This document shows, in pieces, positions 1 through 12,063 of a stretch of 32,000 bases of DNA; position 1 is the stretch's first letter, and each line of letters starts with the position of its first letter. A model generated the notes under the pieces. It saw only the letters and a list, made by a program, of their open reading frames with translations, was not told the origin of the DNA and did not search any database. This DNA is from Erysipelotrichaceae bacterium MTC7 (GTDB lineage Bacteria > Bacillota_I > Bacilli_A > Erysipelotrichales > Erysipelotrichaceae), in assembly GCA_001695645.1 (NCBI GenBank), contig LVZN01000008.1:17499-49498 (forward strand). The letters are read 5' to 3'. Both the position numbers and the translations under genes were made by a program.

Positions 1-1114
1 ATCGTTAATTTATTTCTATAACGTATTTAGATCTTATATACCAGCCTTGCCAGATTTAGGGCCGATTGCTGATTATAGTTTCGGGATTATATCGTTAACT
101 CTTGCTTTTGTTGTTGGACAACAAGTAATGGAAAAACTAGGAAAACCTTTCTATACAACAAATTGTGGATTGGTTGCAGTTGCAGTGTTCCTAATGTTTG
201 TAATGCCAACAACAGATGAAGCATACAACTTTATCATTCCAGGTGGAAGATTAGGTGCAACTGGAATTGCTGCAGGTTTGATTGCCGGACTATTTACATC
301 AATTATTTTTAATTTATGGTCAAAATTGAAATTCTTAGATGGATCTACATCAATTCCAGACTTTGTGTCAGGTTGGATTAATTATATTATCCCAACAGTA
401 TTGTGTTTAGGTATATCAATGATTATTACCGTACACTTAGAAATTGATATTTTCGAAGCAATTTTATCAGTATTTAGTCCATTGGCTGATTTTGGTCAAA
501 CTTTACCTGGATTTGTATTACTATGTTTCATTCCAGTCGTTTTGTATTCAATGGGAGTTTCTTCTTGGTTGTTTGGAGCTGTTGCAACACCGATTTACTT
601 GGCTGGAATTCAAGCAAATATTGATGCAGTAGCAGCAGGAGGAATTGCAACCAACATCGCAACTAGTGAAACAGTATTTACAGCAGCATTAATTACCATG
701 GGTGGTATGGGAGCAACCCTAGGGCTTAACTTCTTAATGATGTTTTCAAAATCTAAAAACCTAAAGACGATGGGAAGAATCTTTATTGGACCATCAATCT
801 TTAACATTAATGAACCAATTATGTTTGGTGCTCCGGTAGTGTTTAATCCAATTTTGATGTTACCAATGTGGATTAATGGAATCGTTGGACCAGCCATTGT
901 ATATCTAGTTATGAGTTTGGGGTGGTTAAATATTCCAGCAACTTTAAATCAAGTAGGTCAAGTGCCTGTGCCAATTTCTACAGTCATGATTACACAAGAT
1001 TTTAGAGGAATTATCTGGGCGATTGTATTGTTCATAGTTTACTTATTTATCTGGTACCCATTCTTCAAAGTATTTGAAAAAGAGTGTTTAGAGAAAGAAA
1101 AAGTTGAAGCATAA
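1..1114 (+). CDS. PTS EIIC permease, lactose/cellobiose (type 3) family; 5' end lies upstream of the window
   Basis: The reading frame is open from position 2, with no stop before the TTG at 47 used by the ORF track, so the gene starts off-window. Polytopic hydrophobic product carrying the EIIC-type3-like segment NINEPIMFGAPVVFNP. Followed by EIIA and two GH1 phospho-glycosidases. Confidence 0.8.
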   Translation, partial: SLIYFYNVFRSYIPALPDLGPIADYSFGIISLTLAFVVGQQVMEKLGKPFYTTNCGLVAVAVFLMFVMPTTDEAYNFIIPGGRLGATGIAAGLIAGLFTSIIFNLWSKLKFLDGSTSIPDFVSGWINYIIPTVLCLGISMIITVHLEIDIFEAILSVFSPLADFGQTLPGFVLLCFIPVVLYSMGVSSWLFGAVATPIYLAGIQANIDAVAAGGIATNIATSETVFTAALITMGGMGATLGLNFLMMFSKSKNLKTMGRIFIGPSIFNINEPIMFGAPVVFNPILMLPMWINGIVGPAIVYLVMSLGWLNIPATLNQVGQVPVPISTVMITQDFRGIIWAIVLFIVYLFIWYPFFKVFEKECLEKEKVEA

Positions 1115-1144
1115 AGGGATAACGAAAAGGAAGGAAGATTTTAT

Positions 1145-1486
1145 ATGTCTGATTTAATTAAAGAAAATGAATTGGTTGAAGTTGCAATGCAAATAATACT
1201 TCATGCAGGTGATGCCAGACTTAAAATAGAAGAAGCTTTGGATGAGGTGAAAAAGTTTGACTTTACAAAAGCGAAAGAAATATTACAAGATGCAGAGGAA
1301 TGTATAAGACAGGCTCATGTCGCACAAACACAAATCATTCAAAATGAAACAAGTGGAAAGACATATGAAGCAAGCTTATTATTCAATCATGCTCAAGATA
1401 CGTTGATGACAATAATGTCAGAAGAAAAAATTGCCAAGCAAATGTTAGAAATTGCTGAGGTATTGTATAAAGAATTAAAAAAATAG
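1145..1486 (+). CDS. PTS EIIA component, lactose/cellobiose family
   Basis: 113-aa all-helical product (IILHAGDARLKIEEAL...AHVAQTQIIQNE) typical of small trimeric lactose/cellobiose EIIA. SD AAGGAAGGA upstream. Sits in an operon with EIIC. Confidence 0.8.
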   Translation: MSDLIKENELVEVAMQIILHAGDARLKIEEALDEVKKFDFTKAKEILQDAEECIRQAHVAQTQIIQNETSGKTYEASLLFNHAQDTLMTIMSEEKIAKQMLEIAEVLYKELKK

Positions 1487-4392
<2,906 letters not shown>

Positions 4393-4401
4393 TTAAAAAA
4401 G

Positions 4402-4426
4402 AGAAGACACGCAAGTGTCTTCTTTA
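4402..4426 (+). terminator. Rho-independent terminator of the PTS/GH1 operon
   Basis: Stem AGAAGACAC / GTGTCTTCT, loop GCAA, then a short T-run, 10 nt after the stop codon. Confidence 0.7.
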
Positions 4427-4451
4427 ATAAGAAGGAGATAATAATGAATCA

Positions 4452-5039
4452 ATGAACATGTTGTATTGGAAAAAAGTCTTATTTCTTAGTACAGGAGCAA
4501 TTATTTTAGGTGTTGGTATTGGTCTAGCTATAGTTTCTGGTCATGGTGGAGATGCAATTTCAGTTTTTAGTGAAGGGATCAGTAAAACTTTCGAAATTTC
4601 CATTGGAGTTGCCTCTATGGTGTTTTATGTTCTATTTATGATTCCAATGTTAGTAATTGATAGGAAACAATTTGGTATAGGAACCATACTTTCCCCGATT
4701 ATATGTGCAATAACGCTAGATTTGTTTTTAACGTTTGTGTCACTTAAAATGACTACTGTAGAAGCAATATTTTGTTTGCTTATGGGAATTGTTTTAATTG
4801 GCGTTGGCATAGGAATATATATCAGTGTTGGATTGGGCCGGTCAAGTTATGATGCGATTATTTTATCAATTGGCAATAAGCTAGAAAAGCCATTGTGGAT
4901 AGTAAAAGGAAGTGCGGATTTAATGCTGTGTATTTTTGGTACACTATTGGGTGGAACGATTGGTTTAGGACCCGTATGTGCTGTTATTTTCATTGGACCC
5001 GTATTAGAACTAACACTCAAACTTATAGATTCAAAGTAG
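4452..5039 (+). CDS. Polytopic membrane protein, YczE/YitT-like, uncharacterised
   Basis: 195 aa with about 5-6 hydrophobic helices and a Gly-rich N-terminal helix (GAIILGVGIGLAIVSGHGGDAISV). Family assignment is from memory only. The start is ambiguous (see the mini-uORF finding). Confidence 0.45.
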   Translation: MNMLYWKKVLFLSTGAIILGVGIGLAIVSGHGGDAISVFSEGISKTFEISIGVASMVFYVLFMIPMLVIDRKQFGIGTILSPIICAITLDLFLTFVSLKMTTVEAIFCLLMGIVLIGVGIGIYISVGLGRSSYDAIILSIGNKLEKPLWIVKGSADLMLCIFGTLLGGTIGLGPVCAVIFIGPVLELTLKLIDSK

Positions 5040-5097
5040 GATAGATCAAGTGGAAATTTGTAATTTCTTAGTGTTTGTCTGTACAAAATACGAAACT

Positions 5098-5136
5098 AAA
5101 ACGTGTGATAAATATATATTTTTCACACGTTTTTTA
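5098..5136 (+). terminator. Rho-independent terminator
   Basis: Perfect 11-bp stem AAAACGTGTGA / TCACACGTTTT followed by T-run. Confidence 0.8.
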
Positions 5137-5307
5137 ATTTGACAATCAATATGTATTTTTATATTTGGGTTATGTGGCCCTATGAGAAACTATTGATCCA
5201 TGTGAAATGAATCAAATAGTGATAAATTATCTTATTCAACATTACTCTTTTCTTTCAAAACTGTAAGGAAGAACAAGCCGTGAATTCTTTGTCTTTGGCT
5301 ATGCCTA

Positions 5308-5316
5308 TGGTATAAT
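5308..5316 (+). promoter_or_regulatory. Extended -10 promoter element (TGgTATAAT)
   Basis: TGGTATAAT lies 22 nt upstream of ATG 5338. SD GAGGA at 5326-5330. Confidence 0.5.
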
Positions 5317-5337
5317 TCTAGCAGTGAGGACGAATTT

Positions 5338-6573
5338 ATGGGACATATACGAAGTTTTTTATACGACTTTAGACATATTTATACCTTGGAAGACAAACTG
5401 ATTGTAATCATGTGTGCTTCCTTGTTTTTACCATATGTAGTTACAATTGCCACACTTGTGGGTGTTGCTATCTATGTATTGGTACGAAAAAAAATACCCA
5501 TGCTTTTAAAAAGTGTAAAACGCGCAAACATTCTTTTATTTTTTGCAGTGTATTTGCTTGTTGTTTCTTTGGTGTTTCAAAATTACCTAGGTGCACTTAT
5601 CAGTGTGGGGATTGCGGCAATCTTTGTGGATGTGATTTATTTTAGAAAGTACATTCACCGCAGTTTGCTTGAAATTATCATCAATGTAATGATTGTATTA
5701 AGCTTAGTTAGTGTTGTTTACGCAATTGGGGAACAACTCTATTATATGAATACAGTTGATGCGATGCATGGATTTTTTGATATCCAAAACAAACCAGAAC
5801 ATCGCGTCCATACATTTTTCTTTAACGCGAACTATTATGCGATGATGCTAGTGTTTGCAAGTACATTTTGTGTTCATCAGTTTATGTTTGCGCGCCCAAC
5901 ATCAAGACGCATCTTCTATGTTATTGCTGGAATCATCAACTTATTTGCCATCTTTTTAACAGGTGGACGAATTGCTTGGTTGTGTTTGGCAATCGGTATT
6001 TTTGGGATGTTATTGGTTGGTCATTGGTACAAAACGTTTGTCGCTTCCGTTGGTGGTGTTGGGTTGGCAATTGGAGTGTTAGCTTTAAAGCCAGGTTTAT
6101 TGCCACGTATTGCTTCACAAGGGTTGAGCATTGGACGACGTTTACACATTTGGCGAACGGCATCACTGATGGTAAAAGATACATGGCTTTTTGGTAAAGG
6201 TCCGTTAACCTACTATCATTTCTATCCAAACTATTACGACGCATATGTGGCAAAGTGGGGTTCTTCCCATTTATCAAAGCGTTTAGGAATTAGTGCTCCA
6301 CATACGCACTCTATGTTTATTGAACCATTTATTTCGTTTGGGATTGTTGGTACCCTATTGTTGGGTTGGTATGTATTAAGCCAAATTCGTCGGTTGGTTC
6401 GCATGATTATTCGCAAGATTGATCCAAGTACAGCAACATTGATTACAGGTGTACTATTAAGTACCATTGCATTTTGTATCATCGACTTCCCAGTGTTCTG
6501 GGTGCAAACAGGAACGTTGTTCTTATTCATTCTTGGATGTAGTGAAATCGACAAGAAGGAGTTGGATGTATGA
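5338..6573 (+). CDS. O-antigen ligase/polymerase-like (Wzy_C-type) polytopic membrane protein
   Basis: About 10-12 TM helices. Has GGRIAWLCL and the periplasmic-loop motif SAPHTHSMFIEPFISFGIVG, which resembles the H-x-H-N-x-Y-L-x-x-x-x-E-x-G motif of O-antigen ligase family proteins. Confidence 0.65.
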   Translation: MGHIRSFLYDFRHIYTLEDKLIVIMCASLFLPYVVTIATLVGVAIYVLVRKKIPMLLKSVKRANILLFFAVYLLVVSLVFQNYLGALISVGIAAIFVDVIYFRKYIHRSLLEIIINVMIVLSLVSVVYAIGEQLYYMNTVDAMHGFFDIQNKPEHRVHTFFFNANYYAMMLVFASTFCVHQFMFARPTSRRIFYVIAGIINLFAIFLTGGRIAWLCLAIGIFGMLLVGHWYKTFVASVGGVGLAIGVLALKPGLLPRIASQGLSIGRRLHIWRTASLMVKDTWLFGKGPLTYYHFYPNYYDAYVAKWGSSHLSKRLGISAPHTHSMFIEPFISFGIVGTLLLGWYVLSQIRRLVRMIIRKIDPSTATLITGVLLSTIAFCIIDFPVFWVQTGTLFLFILGCSEIDKKELDV

Positions 6574-6770
6574 GTGTGATTCAAATTGTGGAAACCGCAA
6601 CCTATATTATTTTATTCTGCTTAAGTATGTGGTCGTTAACAGCTGTGCGTTTTGATAAACTATGCTTTACTAGCAATCCACACAAGGTTCGCTTATTGTT
6701 GATCTTGTTGTCGTTTGCGATTGCATATCTAGGAACACAGTTTTTATTTAGTTTAACAATTTATCGATAG
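6570..6770 (+). CDS. Small two-TM membrane protein, DUF1146/YwzB-like
   Basis: 66 aa. Its ATG overlaps the upstream stop (ATGA at 6570-6573). The W-x-L-x-x-x-x-FDK segment followed by a second hydrophobic helix resembles the DUF1146 family (from memory). Confidence 0.45.
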   Translation: MSVIQIVETATYIILFCLSMWSLTAVRFDKLCFTSNPHKVRLLLILLSFAIAYLGTQFLFSLTIYR

Positions 6771-6780
6771 AGGGGTACTT

Positions 6781-7929
6781 ATGAAGTTTCGATTGGATGA
6801 AAACAGTAAAAAAATCGTACATATTGGTGGAGCAATTGCATTTATTGCCATCGCTTTATTCTTTTTCTTTAGCAATTTTGATGTACTAAAGATTTGGGTC
6901 CACAATGTATTCCAAGTATTGATGCCATTTATCATTGGTTTTGTGATTGCGTTTTTAATGAATCCAATCATGATTTTATTTGAAACAAAGGTGTTTGCAG
7001 GTTTACCAGGATCGAAAAAACTAAAACGCAATATTTCTGCAATTCTTGCAGTGATTCTTGGTGTGGTCTTAGTAGGTTTATTGGTCTTTGTGATTGGAAG
7101 CCAAATGCGCGAGTCCTTAGATCATCTACTTGCCAATTACGATAAGTACTTGTTGTCATTTGAGAGCTTTATGCAAGATACTTTAGAGTTTTTGCACATC
7201 GAAGCTGCTGAAGTTGAAAACATTCTTGAATCCAGCGAAGATTTACTTAGCGACTTGTTAAAGAATATTCAAACCTACGCACCAACAATTTTTAATTTTG
7301 GATTGGGTTTTATTACATTGATTATTAAAATCCTGGTTGGTATCATCGCTGGGGTGTATATGTTGATGGATAAAGAACGATTTATTGCACAGTTTCGGCA
7401 ATTGAATCGTGCCTTGTTTCCTCAGGTTGTCTCAACCTTTCTAGAAAATTTCTTTCCTGTGTTACGAAGAATCTTTTATGATTTTATTGTAGGGAAAGCT
7501 TTGGATTCTTTAATTATCGGGATTATTTGTTATGTTGGACTTGAACTGCTGGGTATCAGTTATGCACCATTCATTAGTGTGATTGTTGGTGTGACCAATA
7601 TGATTCCCGTTTTCGGTCCATTTATTGGAGCGGTGCCAGGAATCTTCATTCTACTCTTAGTGGAACCAATTGAGGCACTCTACTTTGCGATCTTTGTGTT
7701 TGCCTTGCAACAATTCGATGGCAATATCCTGGGGCCAAAAATCCTTGGTGACAAATTAGGAATCCCAAGTTTCTGGGTCTTGTTCTCAGTTACTGTAGGT
7801 GGAGCAATCTTTGGCTTTGTTGGTATGTTTATTGGTGTGCCTGTCTTTGCTGCTATCTATTACTTGGTGAAAATGTTTGTCGATTATCGACTTGCAAACA
7901 AACCAAAAGAGGAACCAACAGAAATTTAA
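6781..7929 (+). CDS. AI-2E family transporter (PerM/YtvI-like permease)
   Basis: 382 aa, about 8 TM helices. Conserved C-terminal core NMIPVFGPFIGAVPG...LQQFDGNILGPKILGDKLGIPSFWVLFS. Confidence 0.75.
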   Translation: MKFRLDENSKKIVHIGGAIAFIAIALFFFFSNFDVLKIWVHNVFQVLMPFIIGFVIAFLMNPIMILFETKVFAGLPGSKKLKRNISAILAVILGVVLVGLLVFVIGSQMRESLDHLLANYDKYLLSFESFMQDTLEFLHIEAAEVENILESSEDLLSDLLKNIQTYAPTIFNFGLGFITLIIKILVGIIAGVYMLMDKERFIAQFRQLNRALFPQVVSTFLENFFPVLRRIFYDFIVGKALDSLIIGIICYVGLELLGISYAPFISVIVGVTNMIPVFGPFIGAVPGIFILLLVEPIEALYFAIFVFALQQFDGNILGPKILGDKLGIPSFWVLFSVTVGGAIFGFVGMFIGVPVFAAIYYLVKMFVDYRLANKPKEEPTEI

Positions 7930-7937
7930 ACTTATCA

Positions 7938-7970
7938 AACATCTCGCGTAAAGTAGAGATGTTTTTTTTT
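7938..7970 (+). terminator. Rho-independent terminator
   Basis: Stem AACATCTC / GAGATGTT followed by a T-run of 9 nt. Confidence 0.8.
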
Positions 7971-8059
7971 ATGGAATCCGCGAAAACTGTGGAGGAAAAT
8001 CAGTTGAAATATGTTAAAAATAGTTTTCCACACCCTTATCTTTTCATTTCAAACTTTTG

Positions 8060-8068
8060 TGCTATAAT
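8060..8068 (+). promoter_or_regulatory. Extended -10 promoter element (TGcTATAAT) upstream of mreB
   Basis: TGCTATAAT at 8060-8068. SD GAGGA at 8104-8108, ATG at 8114. Confidence 0.5.
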
Positions 8069-8113
8069 GATAAAGCGTGAAAATGTATGAAATTGTAGAA
8101 AGCGAGGAATATA

Positions 8114-9103
8114 ATGTTTTTTAGCAAAGAAGTTGGTATCGACTTAGGTACAGCAAACTTATTAATTTATGTTAAAGGTGAAGGAATTGTCGTTGACGAA
8201 CCTTCTGTAGTTGCGATTGATGCAGACAGCAAACGTTGTTTAGCTGCTGGTAATGAAGCAAAAGATATGTTAGGAAGAACACCAGGAAAAATCTTGGCAA
8301 TTCGTCCTTTGAAAGATGGAGTTATTGCAGATTTTGAGGTTACTGAAATTATGCTTAACTACTTCTTGAAAAAAATCAATATTAAAGGAATGTTTAAACG
8401 TCCAACGATTTTAATTTGTTGCCCAAGTAACATTACAAGTGTTGAACGTAATGCGATTCGTGACTGTGCATACCGTGCAGGTGCGAAAAAAGTATACATT
8501 GAAGAAGAACCAAAAGTAGCTGCAGTTGGAGCTGGTTTAGATATTAGCAAACCAAGTGGATGCATGGTACTTGATATAGGTGGGGGAACTACGGATATCG
8601 CAGTTTTATCATTGGGTGAAATTGTTACAAGTACATCATTAAAAATCGCTGGAGATACATTAGATAAAGATATTATTAAACATGTAAAAGATAAAAAGAA
8701 ATTGTTAATTGGTGAACGTACTGCAGAACGTATTAAAAAAGAAGTTGGTACAGCTTGGCCAAAAACAAGAAAAGAAACGGTTGAAGTAAGTGGTCGTGAC
8801 TTAGTAACAGGATTGCCACACAAAATCAGCTTAACAAGTGCGGAAACAGAAGAAGCGATGCGTGAACACTTAGCGCAAATCGTTAGTGCTTGTAAAGTTG
8901 TGCTTGAACAAACACCGCCAGAGTTAAGTAGTGATATTGTGACTCGTGGTATTGTTATCACAGGTGGTGGAGCCTTGTTGCATGGAATTGATGAACTGCT
9001 TGCAAATGAACTAGGAGTTCCTGTATACATTGCAGAAAATGCGTTAAGTTCAGTAGCTGAAGGTTGTGGAGTCTTATTAGAAAACCTAGACATCGTTAGC
9101 TAA
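8114..9103 (+). CDS. mreB: MreB/Mbl actin-like cell-shape protein
   Basis: GIDLGTANLLIY, PLKDGVIADF, VLDIGGGTTDIAV and ITGGGALL motifs. No mreC or mreD follows it. Confidence 0.9.
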   Translation: MFFSKEVGIDLGTANLLIYVKGEGIVVDEPSVVAIDADSKRCLAAGNEAKDMLGRTPGKILAIRPLKDGVIADFEVTEIMLNYFLKKINIKGMFKRPTILICCPSNITSVERNAIRDCAYRAGAKKVYIEEEPKVAAVGAGLDISKPSGCMVLDIGGGTTDIAVLSLGEIVTSTSLKIAGDTLDKDIIKHVKDKKKLLIGERTAERIKKEVGTAWPKTRKETVEVSGRDLVTGLPHKISLTSAETEEAMREHLAQIVSACKVVLEQTPPELSSDIVTRGIVITGGGALLHGIDELLANELGVPVYIAENALSSVAEGCGVLLENLDIVS

Positions 9104-9117
9104 GGGGGTGCTCACTC

Positions 9118-10188
9118 ATGCAATGGGTACTTTACTTGGTTGTACCTTTAGTCCTATCGACATTGATAACACCGCTTATCAATCGAATCGGAATTAAACT
9201 TGATATATATGCACATACCAATGAGCGTACCATTCACCATGGGAAAATTGCCAGAGTTGGTGGAATCGCCATTTATGTTGCATTTATTTTATCGATGACC
9301 TTTTTCAATGATGCCATCGATGATGCATTTCGTGGACTGTTAATCGGTTCGACGATTATGTTTATCGGAGGCTTAATTGATGATATGGTTGACTTAAAGC
9401 CCATTCTTAAAATTGGGTTTCAAGTGCTTGCAGCCTATATACTCATTAAAGTTGGTGGTGTCGAACTAGGGGTGATCTATTTACCTTTTGGCATCGTCAT
9501 CAACATGGGTGTTGTGTCATTTTTAGTTACTTTTATTTGGATTATTGGAATTAGTAATGCCATTAACCTGATTGATGGGTTGGATGGACTTGCCGGTGGT
9601 GTCACAACCATTGTGTTCTTAACAATTGCTGCAATATCCATTGCGGATGATCGTCCGGACATTGCGATGATTTCGCTTCTGATTGCAGGAGCAACACTCG
9701 GGTTTTTATTCTTTAATTTCCATCCAGCAAAAATCTTCATGGGAGATTGCGGAGCTTTATTCTTAGGTTTTGTGGTCGCTGCGATTTCGTTGATGGGCTT
9801 TAAAGGTTCAACGTTTATTACGTTGGGATTTCCGATGTTATTATTGTCAGTGCCAATCGTGGATACGTTAAGTGCCATTGTGCGAAGAACGTTCAGCGGT
9901 AAGAAATTCACTGATGCAGATAAAGGACACTTCCATCATGTATTGATGCGACGTTTTGGACATCGTAATACCGTTTTGATTATTTATGCGATCACCATGT
10001 CATTTGGTGTGGTTGCTTACATTTACATCCTGAACCAAAAACTTGGTTTACTGTGTGTTGCACTATTGTTTGTTGGGCTTGAAATTTTCTTAGAGACCTC
10101 ACAAATGATTTCGCCAAAATATCATCCATTACTATCCATTTATCGTCTATTATTTAGAAAAAATGATAAGAATGACAAGGAACAATAG
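9118..10188 (+). CDS. Glycosyltransferase family 4 (MraY/WecA/TagO-type) undecaprenyl-phosphate HexNAc-1-phosphate transferase
   Basis: Polytopic product with NAINLIDGLDGLAGG and FMGDCGALFLGF motifs. Confidence 0.8.
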   Translation: MQWVLYLVVPLVLSTLITPLINRIGIKLDIYAHTNERTIHHGKIARVGGIAIYVAFILSMTFFNDAIDDAFRGLLIGSTIMFIGGLIDDMVDLKPILKIGFQVLAAYILIKVGGVELGVIYLPFGIVINMGVVSFLVTFIWIIGISNAINLIDGLDGLAGGVTTIVFLTIAAISIADDRPDIAMISLLIAGATLGFLFFNFHPAKIFMGDCGALFLGFVVAAISLMGFKGSTFITLGFPMLLLSVPIVDTLSAIVRRTFSGKKFTDADKGHFHHVLMRRFGHRNTVLIIYAITMSFGVVAYIYILNQKLGLLCVALLFVGLEIFLETSQMISPKYHPLLSIYRLLFRKNDKNDKEQ

Positions 10189-10206
10189 GTCCTTGTCATT
10201 TTTTTA
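10171..10206 (+). terminator. Rho-independent terminator overlapping the GT4 stop codon
   Basis: Perfect 10-bp stem AATGACAAGG / CCTTGTCATT followed by T-run. Confidence 0.75.
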
Positions 10207-10260
10207 CCATATTTTTACGCTATATCTTCATCATTTATTCACAAATTACATGGCTTAGCG

Positions 10261-10269
10261 TGGTATAAT
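10261..10269 (+). promoter_or_regulatory. Extended -10 promoter element (TGgTATAAT) of tilS
   Basis: TGGTATAAT ends 6 nt before ATG 10276 and there is no SD, so the transcript is probably leaderless. Confidence 0.55.
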
Positions 10270-10275
10270 TGCACC

Positions 10276-11481
10276 ATGCAAGAGGAACGAGAAACTTGGG
10301 TAGTGGCCGTCTCTGGAGGCGCAGATTCGATGGCTTTACTGGATATGTATCGTAAGAAAAATCTACAACTCGTCGTGGCACATGTGAATTACCATAAACG
10401 AGATACGGCAGATCGTGATGAAAAAGGAGTTTGTGAATACTGTAAGACGTATAACATTCCTTTTTTTGCATACCACGTACATCATTATGAGGAAGGAAAC
10501 TTCCAAGCGCAGGCTCGCGTGATTCGCTATCAATTCTTTAAAACGTTGGTGGAAGAACATCATGCATGTGGTGTTTTGGTTGCACATCACCAAGACGATG
10601 TGCTGGAAACGTACTTGATGCAAAAGAAGCGAAACTCCATTCCAACCAGCTATGGAATTGCAAAAGAAAGTGTCGTAAAAGGTGTGTTGGTAAAACGACC
10701 GCTGTTGCATTTACGTAAAGTTGATTTGTATGCGTACTGCAAAAAACATCACATCAACTATTATGAAGATGAAAGTAATGCTACAAATGCGTATACCAGA
10801 AATAAAATTCGCCATGAACAAGTCATGAAGTTAGATGATGAACAACGTCAAGAACTACTGGAAAAGATGCAACAAGAAAATGAACAACTAGAAACATTGC
10901 GTGAACACGTAGCCCCTCATGTAAAAAAGGTGCTATCTATCCAGGATCTGGGTTCACTATCTATAGTTGAACAAGAACAGTTGCTCTATATGTGGTTGCT
11001 TACGTATAGTCATTATCACCAAATTTCCAAAGCATACATTGCACAAGTTATCGAACGGCTGCAAAAGAAAGGAAATTGGGCATGTGATTTTAAAAAGGGA
11101 TACGAAATCGTTTGTGAATACGGAAACATCAAGTTGTGTAAGAAAACCAAACAAACCTATTGCTATCAATATGATGAATTGCAGTATGAGAGCACCCCAT
11201 ATTTTGCGATTGCAAAACAAGGTGCAACCATTGAAGGAATCCAGGTAAAAGAAAGTGACTTTCCATTATGGATTCGTTCACCAAAACCGGGGGATACGAT
11301 TCAACTGCGCTATGGAAAAAAGAAAGTTTCCCGCTTTCTCATTGACCGTAAAATTGCCAAAAAAACAAGAGAAATTTGGCCAGTTGTAGAAAATGCTCAT
11401 GGGGATATCATATTTGTTAGTGGAATTGGCTGTGATGTGTTTCATTATAGTAACAATTTCAATATGTTTGTGATAAAATAA
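10276..11481 (+). CDS. tilS: tRNA(Ile)-lysidine synthetase
   Basis: N-terminal PP-loop VAVSGGADSMAL. Conserved tilS-hpt-ftsH gene order. Confidence 0.85.
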   Translation: MQEERETWVVAVSGGADSMALLDMYRKKNLQLVVAHVNYHKRDTADRDEKGVCEYCKTYNIPFFAYHVHHYEEGNFQAQARVIRYQFFKTLVEEHHACGVLVAHHQDDVLETYLMQKKRNSIPTSYGIAKESVVKGVLVKRPLLHLRKVDLYAYCKKHHINYYEDESNATNAYTRNKIRHEQVMKLDDEQRQELLEKMQQENEQLETLREHVAPHVKKVLSIQDLGSLSIVEQEQLLYMWLLTYSHYHQISKAYIAQVIERLQKKGNWACDFKKGYEIVCEYGNIKLCKKTKQTYCYQYDELQYESTPYFAIAKQGATIEGIQVKESDFPLWIRSPKPGDTIQLRYGKKKVSRFLIDRKIAKKTREIWPVVENAHGDIIFVSGIGCDVFHYSNNFNMFVIK

Positions 11482-11508
11482 TGTTTATTAATAGTCAAGG
11501 AGTACATT

Positions 11509-12054
11509 ATGCATAAGGATGTTGCAAGAGTTTTAGTTTCAAGAGAAGAGATACATGAAAAATGTATCGAATTAGGTCAAAAAATTACGAAAGATTACAC
11601 AGAAAAAGGCGAACTACCAATTTTGGTTGGCTTGCTGAACGGGTCTGTTCCATTCATGAGTGAATTGATGAAAAACATCGAGATGGATGTTGAGATTGAT
11701 TTCATGGATGTTTCAAGTTATGAAGGAACACATTCAGTGGGATCTATTCGGATCAATAAAGATATGGGTACCAGTGCTGCTGGTAAATCCATTTTATTAG
11801 TAGAAGATATCGTGGATACTGGAAAAACACTAACAGAAGTTAAGCGTATGTTAGCCAATAAAGGCGCAAGAGAAGTACGCGTTGTTTCTTTGTTAGATAA
11901 ACCAGAGAGACGTACAGAAGAAATCGAAGCAGATTACGTTGGGTTTACCATTCCTAATGAGTTTGTAATCGGATATGGGTTGGACTACAACCAAAAATAC
12001 CGTAACTTACCCTATGTAGGAATTTTAAAACCTGAAGTTTATGAAGAGTCATAG
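11509..12054 (+). CDS. hpt: Hypoxanthine-guanine phosphoribosyltransferase
   Basis: PRPP-binding loop LLVEDIVDTGKTL. 181 aa. SD AAGGAG 6 nt upstream of the ATG. Confidence 0.9.
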   Translation: MHKDVARVLVSREEIHEKCIELGQKITKDYTEKGELPILVGLLNGSVPFMSELMKNIEMDVEIDFMDVSSYEGTHSVGSIRINKDMGTSAAGKSILLVEDIVDTGKTLTEVKRMLANKGAREVRVVSLLDKPERRTEEIEADYVGFTIPNEFVIGYGLDYNQKYRNLPYVGILKPEVYEES

Positions 12055-12063
12055 GAGGGCTAA

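Noticed and set aside
8359-9093. 244-aa ORF antisense to mreB, with similar long antisense ORFs at 9477-9911 and 16242-16706
   Set aside because: They lie entirely inside genes whose + strand products carry unambiguous family motifs (MreB, GT4, Dus). Their products are low-complexity with no start context. They are shadow ORFs typical of the opposite strand of real genes.
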